NCBI GenBank assembly: GCA_000004695.1
Contig: CM000151.3
Location: forward strand, 4,320,001-4,384,000
Source: Dictyostelium discoideum
Taxonomy: Eukaryota
Direction of reading: 5' to 3'
DNA: 64,000 nt
Shown: piece by piece, positions 25,083-39,087 of the stretch
Numbering within the stretch: position 1 is the first letter of the stretch
How the letters are laid out: each line of letters begins with the position of its first letter
Notes under the pieces: model-generated
Databases searched by the model: none
What the model was told of the DNA's origin: nothing
The model's input: the letters and a program-made list of their open reading frames with translations, nothing else
Made by a program: the position numbers and the translations under genes

Positions 25083-26462
25083 ATGAATAAGAATTTTAAA
25101 TTTATTATTTTAATATTTTTAATAGTATCAATTTTATTTATAAATTTAAATAATTGTCAAGATAATGATAATGAAGAGGTTGATATGAATGATAATAGTA
25201 ATAGTGATGTTATAATACTTACAGATTCAAATTTTGAAGATTTGACAACATCAAATCCAAATGAAACTTGGATGGTAGAATTTTATGCACCTTGGTGTTT
25301 TCATTGTAAAAACTTAAAGAAAACATATGACCAATTATCTACAAAATTAAAACAACAAGACCCAAATCTTAAAGTTGCAAAAATAGATTGTGTTGCAAAT
25401 CCAAAACAATGTAAAAGATTCTCAATTAGATCATATCCAACAATTAAAGTGTAAGTATATATATTTTATAATTCTTTGAAAATAATAATAATTAATAATT
25501 AATAATTTTTTTAAAAAAAAAAAATTAGTATAAAAGGAAATTCAGTTTATGATATGAAAGGTGAGAAAACATTAAATAGTTTAAATGAATTTATAAATAA
25601 AGGTTATGAAAAGAGTGTTGATCAAATTAAACAATTACCAGCATCAATTATTCTTAAAGTTGTCGATCTTACAGATAAAACATTCCCATCAGTAAATGAT
25701 GGGTCATGGTTAATTTATTTTCATATTCCAAGATGTATTTATTGTGAAAAATTTATGTCAGAATTTGATGCATTGCCATCAGCAGATTTCTCAAAATCAA
25801 ATGAAAAATTTAATTTTGGAAAAATTAATTGTCAAACTTATAAAGGTAAAAATTAATAATTATTAAAAAAAAAAAAAAAAAAAAATATTTATATTAATAT
25901 TATTTTTTCTTTGATTAAAAGAAATATGTGATTTATATAGAGTAGAATATTTCCCAAACGTTAAATTGTAACTATATATGTTTATTTTAAAAAAAAAAAA
26001 AAAAAAAAAATTAAACCCACTTAATCTCACTTCCTGTCTATATTATTTTAATTTTTTTTTTTTTTTATATTTATATATATATAATATTTGTTATTAATTT
26101 TTTTTTTTTTTTTTTTTAATTTTTAAAATTCAAATAATTATTTTAATAGTTTCGAAAATTCAACAAATTTATATTATAATTTCAATCACGAACCTACTAC
26201 ATCTAATTTAAAAGAGTTTGCAATGTTTTATTATAAACATGTTTCCCCTATAAAGAGACCATGGAATGCAATGTTTTCTTTATTTGAAGAGGCAATTAGA
26301 GAGTTTGTTTGGCTATTCTTATTGGTATCGTTTTTATTTGGTTTCTTTATTTGTTATATTTTTTATGGAATGGTACCACCATCACCACCACCACCACCAC
26401 CACCACCATCAACAATTCAATCTAAAAATCAAATTCAAACTAAAATGAAAAAGTCTGAGTAA
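25083..26462 (+). CDS. Thioredoxin-fold protein with two Trx domains (CFHC and CIYC active sites), a signal peptide and a C-terminal TM anchor. TMX-like membrane protein disulfide isomerase. Four exons.
   Basis: Exons (approximate): 25083..25450 (MNKNFKFIILIFLIVSILFINLNNCQ...WMVEFYAPWCFHCKNLKKTYDQLS...AKIDCVANPKQCKRFSIRSYPTIKV, donor gtaagt); 25529..25845 (IKGNSVYDMKGEKTLNSLNEFINKGYEKS...SWLIYFHIPRCIYCEKFMSEFDAL...FGKINCQTYK, donor gtaaaa); 25922..25967 (EICDLYRVEYFPNVKF, non-canonical donor gtaact); 26150..26462 (FENSTNLYYNFNHEPTTSNLKEFAMF...FVWLFLLVSFLFGFFICYIFYGMVPPSPPPPPPPPSTIQSKNQIQTKMKKSE*). Exons 3 and 4 repeat the structure of domain 1: INCQTYKEICDLYRVEYFPNVKF-FENS...TTSNLKEF parallels IDCVANPKQCKRFSIRSYPTIKV-IKGN...TLNSLNEF. 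That parallel is the support for the weaker exon 3/4 junction. If the gtaact donor is not used, the CDS ends at a taa at about 25971. Confidence 0.65.
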
Positions 26463-26854
26463 ACACAACATTATTATTATTATTGTTATTATTATTATTA
26501 TTATTATTATTAATATTCAATATATATAATTACACTTGTTTTTCTAAACTTTTATGTATAAAACATTTCTAAATTTTACATATGCATTCAATACAAATAA
26601 ATAAATTCTTTTTTTTTTATTTATTTTTTTATTTATTTTTTTTTTAAAAAAAAAAAATATAATACACCACAAATCACACTTAAAGTGTATTATTACTCAC
26701 ACACATACACTTTTTTTTTTTTTTTAAAAAAAAATAAAAAAACAATCGAAATCAAAAAAAAAAAAAAAACAAAGAGTAGTTTTGTATGTGAGTATGTGTG
26801 ATGTGTATTTTTTTATATTATAACAATAACCAATTTAAAATGTAAAATTAATTA

Positions 26855-26896
<42 letters not shown>

Positions 26897-27894
26897 AGAT
26901 TCTTTATTCCAATAACCAACCTACACAAGATTTACGCGTATGTACATATTGATTGAAATAGATAGTATTTTCTATCTATTTAAATCTTCTTTTTTTTTTT
27001 TTTTTAAAATAAAAAAAATCTTTTAAAAAAAAGTTAGGAATTGGAAAAAGAAAGAATATGGATATTATTTATTTTTATTTTTTTTTTTTATTAGATTTTA
27101 ATTTTTCTAAACAATTAAATAACGTTTTTAAAAATTCGAAAGTTTTGTTTTTTTTTAAACTTTGAAAAAAAAGAAATTATTAATATTACATACACACACA
27201 CTCTCTCTCTCTCTAATAAATAGATAAAAGATTTATTAAAAAATAAAAAAATAAAAATAATTAAAAACAAATATATACTTACATATTTTTATAATATAAA
27301 AATGAAAATTTTAAACTTACAAGTATTTCATCAAATTTAAAAATAATAAAAACCATCAATTACACAAATAAATATCATAAATATCCTCATTATTTCATCA
27401 TCATATCCCTTTTATAATTTTTTTACAGTATTACTTTATTTTTTTTTATTTATTTTTTTTTTACTTTCTTTTTTTTGTAATTAATATTATTATTATTTTT
27501 TTTTTTTCCACCAATCAATCCACAATCATTTATCAATCAAGTATCTTTTAGTATTTAATTTCAGTTATTTTGAGGTAATTTATTTATTTATTTTTATTTT
27601 ATTTTGTTTTATTTTATTTTGTTTATTTATTTAATTATTTAAAAAAAATAAAAAAAATAAAAAATAAAATATAAATAGAGGTATATTTTTTAAATAAAAA
27701 AAAAAACATTAACAATAATATTTATTTTACTTTTTTAAAACATTATCAATTATATTTATTTATTTATTTAATTTTGTATCAATTCAATTTTTTTAAAAAT
27801 GTTATTTGGTAATTATTTAAAATAAAAATAAAAATAAAAATAAAAATAAAAATAAAAACAAATTTTTAATAAATTTATTAATTTATTATTTTAT

Positions 27895-28119
27895 ATGTGT
27901 GTATGTATAGAAACCTTAAAAAGCCTCAACTCAAATAATCAAGGACTTAGCTCAAATGAACAAGCATTTGGAAGTCCATCAAATATGAATGAATCAATGG
28001 TATTTGGTAGTCCATCTTCAAGTGTTTTGAGTTCATCATTCAAAGGTTCAAATTCAACCTGTGCAACCAATAAATCTGCCTCATCAGCAATGTTCAGCAG
28101 ACCATTCTATTATGAATAA
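27895..28119 (+). CDS. Small S-rich ORF (74 aa from a TTG/ATG-type start; 44 aa from the first in-frame ATG) with two FGSPS motifs. Possibly a terminal exon of an unresolved gene or a spurious ORF.
   Basis: Track ORF MCVCIETLKSLNSNNQGLSSNEQAFGSPSNMNESMVFGSPSSSVLSSSFKGSNSTCATNKSASSAMFSRPFYYE. The upstream region has an intron-like gtaattt...tatag element but no clear ATG exon. Confidence 0.2.
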   Translation: MCVCIETLKSLNSNNQGLSSNEQAFGSPSNMNESMVFGSPSSSVLSSSFKGSNSTCATNKSASSAMFSRPFYYE

Positions 28120-29075
28120 TTTCGTTGAGATTTTAATCATCTATCAACACCCTTTTTTTTTTTTTTTTTTTTAAAAAATTAAAAAAAAAAAAAAAAATAT
28201 TTGTAATTCCCATTTAAAACCTTTTTTATTATTATTTTTAATAAACATTTCATTCTTTTTCCTAAAAAAAAAAAAAAAAAAAAAAAAAAATTTATTTTAT
28301 TTTATTTTATTTCACTAAAAATTAAAAATAGAAAAATAAAAATTGAAAATAAAAATTTATTTATACATAGAAATATATACCACTTTCTATTAGTCTATGG
28401 ACTTTAGAAAAATTAATTTTGGTTTTATTTTTTTTATTTTTATTTTATCTATGATTTATTTTTTTAGTTTTGTTTTAAATTTTTATTATTATTTTATTTT
28501 ATTTTATTTTTTTATTTTTAAAAATTAAATAATTGGTTATACTATAATTTTAAAAATCATTTAAATGACAAGATATTTTTTTTTTGGTGTGTGAAAAAAA
28601 ATGATTTTTTTGATTTTTTTGATTTTTTTGATTTTTTTATAAAAAAAATTATTTTATTTTTTATTTTTTATTTTTTTATTTTTTTTATTTTTTTATTTTT
28701 TTCAAATTAATTATAATTTTTTAAATAATATCTAACTTTCTTTTTTTTTTTTTTTTTTTTTTTATTCAATAACAAAAACAATTACTTTATATTTATAAAA
28801 TTTGTATATTATTTTAATTTTTAATTTAGTCAGTGTGTTAGGGGGTTTAGTTTCTATTGCAACCACATCTTAAAAATTAAAAAAAAAAAAAATAAAAAAA
28901 AAAATAAAAATAAAAATAAAATAAAATTTCAAAAATAATAAAATAAAATAAAATAAATTAATAAAAAAAATAAAATAAAATAAAATAAAATAAAATAAAA
29001 TAAAATAAAATAAAATAAAATAAAGAAATAAAAAATAAAATAAAGAAATAATAAAAACTATAAAAAAAAAAAAAC

Positions 29076-32710
<3,635 letters not shown>

Positions 32711-32899
32711 TTGAAAAATAACCACTTAAAATATTTAATAAAATAAATAAGAATAAATTATTTTGTAATACTACCTATTTTTTATTTCATTTTATCAAAT
32801 CAAATCAAATCAATTAAACACCCATATTATATTCTCATCAGTTTTATTTCTGATACTGTTGATTAAAAGATAAAACCTTTTAGTTTATTGGTATTATCA

Positions 32900-35200
32900 A
32901 AAAATAAATGACCATATACAGGGGAAAAAAAAAAATTTGATTAGTTTTATGATAAATTAATTGATCAATAATAGATGTTTATTAGTTTTTTTTTAATATT
33001 TTAAAATGATAAATGACATTTTAATATTTCCCCAGTATTCCAACTCCAGATTCCAATTTTTTTAATAAAATGGGATAAAATATTTTTTTTTTTTTTTGAT
33101 ATAAATAAACTATTGTAGTATACAATTAGTATGTTATTTTTATTTATTTATTTTAGGTTTTTTAGTTTTTGTGAATTTAAAATGGTATGTTATTTTAGAT
33201 TAGGTAATTAATAATTAATTGGTGGTGTAATTGTTGGAATTGGTTCATTAGTGTTTATGCTCCATTCTTTTTTAAATTTTTTGATGGTTTCGGACCATTG
33301 GGTTTCTTTTTGAGTTTTTGTGAGGTTGTTTTTAATTGAGTATTGGTTAAAGTTTGATAAAGTTCTTGAATATTCCAATCTTATTAGCTTGTGCCATTTT
33401 GATTTTAATATATCATAATCTAGTGTTGTGTTGTTTATTTGGTTGTTCCAATTATCAATTGATTGAGTTATATTGATGTCAAATAATGATTTGCATAACC
33501 ATATCCATATTTGGTGAATAACTAATGAGATTATGTTCCAATATGCATGTGTTCTGACTAGATCAAGATTTGTGTTTATATAATTCCAGTTGAACCTGTA
33601 TTTTTTATATTGTGCGTTTTCTGCAAAATGAAAATTAATATTGATAGTTGGATCTGGTTTAAATGCTTTGTTGTTTGTTTGTGGTTTATAGATGAGTGTG
33701 TATAATTTTGTTGTATGGTTTTTTGTTAGTGACCAGTTTTTGTTTCCATTGCAATTTTTATATATAAAATATTTTAATTTGTCGTGGTTAATGAAGTTGA
33801 TTGTGTGCTGACAATTGAAAAACAAATGACCATAGGGATCATTATTCATTTCATTGTTGCAAATGGGGCAAACTTTGTTGTGTAGATGATTAATCGGAAG
33901 ACATCTAGCATGGAATCTTTGCATTGTATCTCGGCCTTTTGGATCTTTTAATTTTTGAATTTTGACAAAAAGTTGGTCGTATGTGTATTTCCATAATAGT
34001 TGTATTGATTGTTGGTGCGAAGTAAGAAGTAGATCTGAATATTTCTTGCCAATATAGTCTTTTGATTTGCATTGGTGATTGTTTAGTATTGTCGAGTAGA
34101 TTTCTTTGAGTGTTGGTGGTAGTGAAATATTATTTGTGTTTAATGTTTGAGAGGGTTGGTTTTTTGTTAATATTGGTTGTAGGATTTGAACTTTATCTTT
34201 TAGATGTCCAATTTGAGTTGCATAGTTTTCCCATTCTTTTTTTATTTTTATAAGGTATGGAGAAGAGATTGATTTGTTGATGATTTGATCCATCCAACTT
34301 ATCATGTATATTGAATTGTTTGCAGATTTATGCATTTGTAAGAATCTGTTGTATATCCAAATCTTTTGAGCAACTTGACGTAATTGTATATTCCACATAC
34401 CCCAACCACCTTCTTTTAATGGTTTTAATGATCTATCATAACACATCAAAGGTATTTTTGCACGTGAATGGATGGTTGATGTGTTGTTTTCAATGGAATT
34501 GGTATTGAGAGTTGGTGATTCAGAATTTGCGGGAGAATTCATAAACCATGAGATTAATTTATTAATTTGAATTTCTTCATCTTTTGTAAATTCTTCAAGG
34601 TATGATAAATATGTTATTGGTGATAGTGAGTAGGTGTTTATGATGGTTGTTTTTGTTTTTAATGTTGTACCACTAGTTTTCCATAGCACTAATGATTTAA
34701 ACAGTGTTTTCATTGTTTCTGGTAATTTCCTATGTAAACCATTATGATTAAAGAAATAGCCAAGAACTCTTTCTGATTGATCTTTTTTGGTTATTGGAAT
34801 TCTTTTTGATTGTGGAATGTTGTTTATTATGTGTTTATCAGTGATTTTGTGGGGGTTGATTTCTATTATTGCACTTTTGTCAAAATTTAAAGATGATGAT
34901 GTTGAAGCACAGAAATTATCGAAATGTTTGATTGATTGTTGTTGTTGTTCGTAGTTGATGTTGTATGTTGTAGAGTCGTCTGCAAATTGGGTAAATTTGA
35001 TTTTAATTTGTGGATTGGGTGAAATTGGTAATCCAATTATTGAATTGTCTGCATTTATTGTTCTTGCTAATATTTCAATTACAATTACAAATAAAGTGGC
35101 AAAAAAACCGAAAAAACAAAGAAATAAACGAGAATTTATACATATAATAAATAAATCACTGTTATATCTTCACCGCCACATTCATTCCTCTTAATTTTAC
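32900..35200 (-). mobile_element. 5'-truncated non-LTR (LINE-like) retrotransposon fragment of the tRNA-gene-targeted TRE type (TRE3/Tdd-3-like), oriented on the minus strand. Its 3' end with oligo(A) lies near 33095 and its truncated 5' end near 35150-35200. About 0.9 kb downstream of a tRNA-Gly gene.
   Basis: The minus-strand frame upstream of track ORF 33208..34713 stays open to about 35100 and encodes a reverse-transcriptase core: ...ATLFVIVIEILARTINADNSIIGLPISPNPQIKIKFTQFADDSTTYNINYEQQQQSIKHFDNFCAS...; the F-A-D-D stretch is the RT Y/FxDD box. This is followed by the track ORF, which contains a Cys/His cluster CPICNNEMNNDPYGHLFFNCQH typical of LINE ORF2 C-termini. No N-terminal part of ORF2 and no ORF1 lie upstream on the same strand, which indicates 5' truncation. 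An oligo(T) run on the plus strand at about 33095-33108 corresponds to an oligo(A) tail on the element strand. Family assignment is an inference from the proximity to a tRNA gene. Confidence 0.7.
33208..35100 (-). pseudogene. Truncated ORF2 of the TRE-like retrotransposon, comprising the reverse transcriptase C-terminal half plus a Cys-rich C-terminal domain. Lacks a 5' part and a start codon.
   Basis: See the mobile-element entry. The open frame from about 35100 to 33208 has an FADD motif and a CX2CX12HX4C-like cluster. An in-frame M appears only at 34713 (the track ORF start). Confidence 0.65.
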
Positions 35201-35251
35201 CCTTTTTTTGCTCAATAAAGCAAGGGCTATCGTCCTATATACTTTTCAACA

Positions 35252-36016
35252 ATGGCTGATGATCACTCAACTGAATTACAGTTAAATCATACAGATAACA
35301 ACACAACCAATACAAATAATACCTCCACAACCTCAACAACAAAAAACAAAAGTGCAAAAATCGACACACCTAAAAAACAAACCCCAACAAACCAACTCTC
35401 ACTAAACAAAGGACTTGATAATCAATTAGATATCATTGCACCTCCATCAATCACAAGACCACTCTCTTTCTTAGAAAAAAACAATAACACCATCAACATT
35501 AAGTGTTACTTTAATCAACCACACATCCGTGAAGAATTAACCTCAAAAGATGACACAAGAATTCAACAAATTCACAAAAACATTCACAAACTCTTCGAAG
35601 ATATACTGTCGCCATCAGCATTTAAAATAATTGGTGCAACTGCCTTCGTAAATTGCAACGTTGATAAATTAACTTCAATAATCAACCTTCAAAACCAACT
35701 TGCACTAAATATCGACAAACTCAACTATAGATTCGATATATCATCAAATGATTATGCAATCATTAAAACATTCATTAAAACGTACTCACCCAAACATGCA
35801 AACGATGCAATTACAAACAACCTCACTAAATTCACCAGTTGTACATCAATTGAATCATTTACTGTCACATACTCATATGCTGTTGCGTTTAAAAGTTACA
35901 TTATAACATATCATCTAATTGATCACACACACAACATTGTTGATCAAAAGATCGAACAACCATCTGGGATAAAATACATGAGAATCGATCCCTTGGTCTT
36001 TTTAAAAATAGACTAA
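35252..36016 (+). CDS. 254-aa N/T-rich ORF of unknown function that ends 7 bp from the 3' end of the tRNA-Gly gene. Possibly retroelement-derived (ORF1-like), or a host gene fragment.
   Basis: Track ORF MADDHSTELQLNHTDNNTTNTNNTSTTSTTKNKSAKIDTPKKQTPTNQ...KIEQPSGIKYMRIDPLVFLKID. It fills the roughly 870 bp between the truncated 5' end of the RT fragment and the tRNA, on the strand opposite to both. No motif recognised. Confidence 0.3.
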   Translation: MADDHSTELQLNHTDNNTTNTNNTSTTSTTKNKSAKIDTPKKQTPTNQLSLNKGLDNQLDIIAPPSITRPLSFLEKNNNTINIKCYFNQPHIREELTSKDDTRIQQIHKNIHKLFEDILSPSAFKIIGATAFVNCNVDKLTSIINLQNQLALNIDKLNYRFDISSNDYAIIKTFIKTYSPKHANDAITNNLTKFTSCTSIESFTVTYSYAVAFKSYIITYHLIDHTHNIVDQKIEQPSGIKYMRIDPLVFLKID

Positions 36017-36023
36017 AATTTTA

Positions 36024-36094
36024 TGCGTATGCTGGGAATCGAACCCAGTTCGCATCCGTGGCAGGGATGCATCATACCACTAGACCACATACGC
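36024..36094 (-). tRNA. tRNA-Gly (anticodon GCC), 71 nt, no intron.
   Basis: Reverse complement of 36024..36094: GCGTATG TG GTCT AGTGGTA TGAT G CATCC CTGCCAC GGATG CGAA CTGGG TTCGATT CCCAG CATACGC A. The acceptor stem has 7 perfect base pairs. The D-loop is AGTGGTA with the conserved GG. The anticodon stem CATCC/GGATG has 5 bp. The anticodon loop C-U-GCC-A-C has U33, anticodon GCC and A37. The variable loop is 4 nt. The T-arm is CTGGG-TTCGATT-CCCAG (T-psi-C-G-A consensus). Confidence 0.85.
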
Positions 36095-36639
36095 TATTTT
36101 GATATTTTTCGATAAACAAAAGCAGTAATCGTTCGTTACAGTAATTATTTATTAAAATTTTTTATAATTAATCATAAATAGTTTATTAGGAAATTAGATA
36201 TTCTTTTAGCAAATTATGTCAACTCTTTATATAGTATAAAATGTAAATTATAATATTATTGTTGACTCAACAATATAAATATTTTTAATTAATTAAATAA
36301 ATAAATAAATTAAACTCATAAATAAACAAACAAATAATTAAAATTTAATAAATATTAAATTAAATTAAATTATTAAGGTTAAATAAAATGAATATATAAA
36401 TAAATATAAATAAATAAATTAAACTAATAAATAAATAAAATTCATATAAGTCCTTCTAGAGTATACCACTTCCGTTACATTCGTCAAAAATATTTAAAAG
36501 CAGTTTTTTTCAAAATTTTATTTTAAAGGATTATTAAATGAATAAATTTTAAATAAGATTATAGTCATGAATCCAAGCAATTCAACTAAAATGTAAACAT
36601 AAAAATATTAAATTAAAATGAATAATATAATTTTTATTT

Positions 36640-38484
36640 TTAAACATTATTATCTAATTCTGGAGCATCGTTATTTTTATCAAGCACAGAAATATGATCG
36701 ATATGGCTTGAACTTGATGGACATGTATGAGGATTATCACACGATGTTTGATTAGAGAATAATCCTTCAACTGATTCTCCATATTCGTATTCTATTATAT
36801 CTGATAAATAATTACCATTTACATTATTATTGTTATTTATACTATTGTTACTAACATTACCATTATTTGGAGATTTAAGATTTTCAAAATACAATTTAAT
36901 ATTTTTCCTAAAAATGGCCACCAAAATAAATATAGAAATTGTAATTGAACAAATCAAAACTGGAACAATTATTTTTTTAATCAAATCACCTCTATCAAAT
37001 TTATGAATTTTATTATTTTTTGTTACTAAATCATCGCTGTTTTCACTATTGTCAAAAAGATTAACTATACATTTTAAACAATCTTTTTTAAACTTTTCTA
37101 AATTTAAATTTAATGATGAATATTTATCAATGGTTATTAAATTATTTGTTCCTTTGATTGTTGTTTGAGTATCAATTCTTGAATTTGATTTTAAATCAAT
37201 AAAACCATTATCCATTATAATTGCACTTGAAAATTGATTTGGAATTGTTGAATTTTTAAATTTTATTTCATAAGATTTATCAATTGATAGAAAGGACATT
37301 TTTCCATTTATTGTATTATTTGAAATTATTGTATTTTCCAAAGATAAGTAAATTGATTCCATAATTTGAAATAATGAAATCGTTATAAAACTATTTGAAG
37401 ATTTTGAAATTATATTATTATTATTAAATAAACAATTCCTAAATATATTCGGATCCCTTGGTTGTGAGGGTCTTTTTGGGAAATATCCTTTAAAAAATGT
37501 CGATATTTTATTATTTGTAAATTGTAAATTATAAAATTGAATTACAAACCCATTCATATTAACTATTGGTAAATCCTCATTTGTTATCAATTCAATATTG
37601 TTAATAATGGAATTTTCCATTACTAAAGTTGACATTGTTAAATAAAATGGTGAATAAACCAATTTCATATTATCCAAAACTGTATCTACAAAACTAATAT
37701 TATTAAAATACATATAAAACAAAGGTGTTTGATATTGATTCGTAACATTTGCAAAATGACAATCTTTAAAAATAAAATTTGCAGGTAAATCACCCTCTGT
37801 ATAGTTTGCTTCTACAGACTCAATAAATTTAAAAGAACCAGTAGTTGTTATTGATGAAAAATAAAAATCTAAAGAATGATAAGGTTTATTTAGTAATGAA
37901 TTTGAAAATACTAATGTTGAACTCCAATCTTTGAATAATAAATTATTAATTGATATTAATTTTTTATTACATAAAGTATTATTTTCAAATCCAACATATT
38001 TTATAAATGATCTTGAAACTGATTTCCCATCAATTATTAATAATGGTTTTTTCTTTATTTCTGACTCTTTGATTTTATTTCCATTAATATCTTGAAAATC
38101 AATATTAAAAGAACAATAATTTTTTAAATCTCCAAATGTTTTTTCACCAATTAAGTTTATTGTTGGTGATGTTTTATTTAGATCTATATTTAATATTAAT
38201 AAAACTAATGAAACTTGATTAATATGAGAAATATTTTCAAATAATTGCCTTGATCTTTCTCCAGCATCATAAAATGTTTTACAAGGTGGATAAATTTTTG
38301 TATCCAGATCAAAAATATTAATACTTCCTCCACATTCCATATTTTCATAATTAATTTTTGATAAAAAATCAATTTTTAAAACAATTTCCTTATCAACATT
38401 TTCACTGAACGATTTACATATATTTAAAAAACAAATAATTATTATTAAAATGATTATATATTGTTTTTTAGATTTTTTAATCAT
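36640..38484 (-). CDS. Type I membrane glycoprotein with a signal peptide, an N-rich ectodomain with many sequons, and a C-terminal TM helix. Function unknown.
   Basis: Track 614-aa ORF. The N-terminus is MIKKSKKQYIIILIIIICFLNICKSFS. The ectodomain is Asn/Ile/Phe-rich with numerous N-x-S/T. The C-terminal helix is IIVPVLICSITISIFILVAIF, followed by RKNIKLYFENLK and an N-rich cytoplasmic tail. Confidence 0.65.
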   Translation of the reverse strand: MIKKSKKQYIIILIIIICFLNICKSFSENVDKEIVLKIDFLSKINYENMECGGSINIFDLDTKIYPPCKTFYDAGERSRQLFENISHINQVSLVLLILNIDLNKTSPTINLIGEKTFGDLKNYCSFNIDFQDINGNKIKESEIKKKPLLIIDGKSVSRSFIKYVGFENNTLCNKKLISINNLLFKDWSSTLVFSNSLLNKPYHSLDFYFSSITTTGSFKFIESVEANYTEGDLPANFIFKDCHFANVTNQYQTPLFYMYFNNISFVDTVLDNMKLVYSPFYLTMSTLVMENSIINNIELITNEDLPIVNMNGFVIQFYNLQFTNNKISTFFKGYFPKRPSQPRDPNIFRNCLFNNNNIISKSSNSFITISLFQIMESIYLSLENTIISNNTINGKMSFLSIDKSYEIKFKNSTIPNQFSSAIIMDNGFIDLKSNSRIDTQTTIKGTNNLITIDKYSSLNLNLEKFKKDCLKCIVNLFDNSENSDDLVTKNNKIHKFDRGDLIKKIIVPVLICSITISIFILVAIFRKNIKLYFENLKSPNNGNVSNNSINNNNNVNGNYLSDIIEYEYGESVEGLFSNQTSCDNPHTCPSSSSHIDHISVLDKNNDAPELDNNV

Positions 38485-39047
38485 ATTCTTTCTGTAAAAA
38501 AAAAAAAAAACTTTGAAAAAAGAAATTTAACATTAATTTTCTTTTTATATATGTATAGGTTTTTTATATAAATAAGAAAAAAAGGTAGTAATAAATTCAA
38601 CTTGAAAAATTACACACACAATTTAAATAAATAAAAAAGAAAAAATTAATAATATATTAAAAAAAAAAATAAAAATAATATATAAAAAAAAAACAAAGGA
38701 GAATAATAATAATAATAATAATAAATAATAAATAATAATAATATTTAAATGATTGAAGGGGTTATAGGGTGGGTGGTGTTAAAAAAATATTATTTTTATT
38801 AAAAAAAATAAATAAAAATAAATTACCATTTTTTATTTTTTTTTTTTTTTTTTTTGTAAAACTTTAATTATTATTATGAAATAAAAAAAAATAAAGATTT
38901 AAAATAAGATATAGAGACATAAAAAACAAAAAAAAAAAACCAAACAACTTCTATTTATTGAATACTTAAAATTATATATGAATAACAATAAATATTGACC
39001 ACATAAATAGATTTAAATAAATTTTTTTTTTTTTTTTTTTTTTTATA

Positions 39048-39079
<32 letters not shown>

Positions 39080-39087
39080 TTATTTAT

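Noticed and set aside
26223-26462. Track ORF treated as an independent 79-aa membrane protein.
   Set aside because: It is better explained as the terminal exon (TM anchor plus Pro-rich tail) of the upstream TMX-like thioredoxin gene. The frame is open from 26126 and the sequence parallels domain 1 after splicing.
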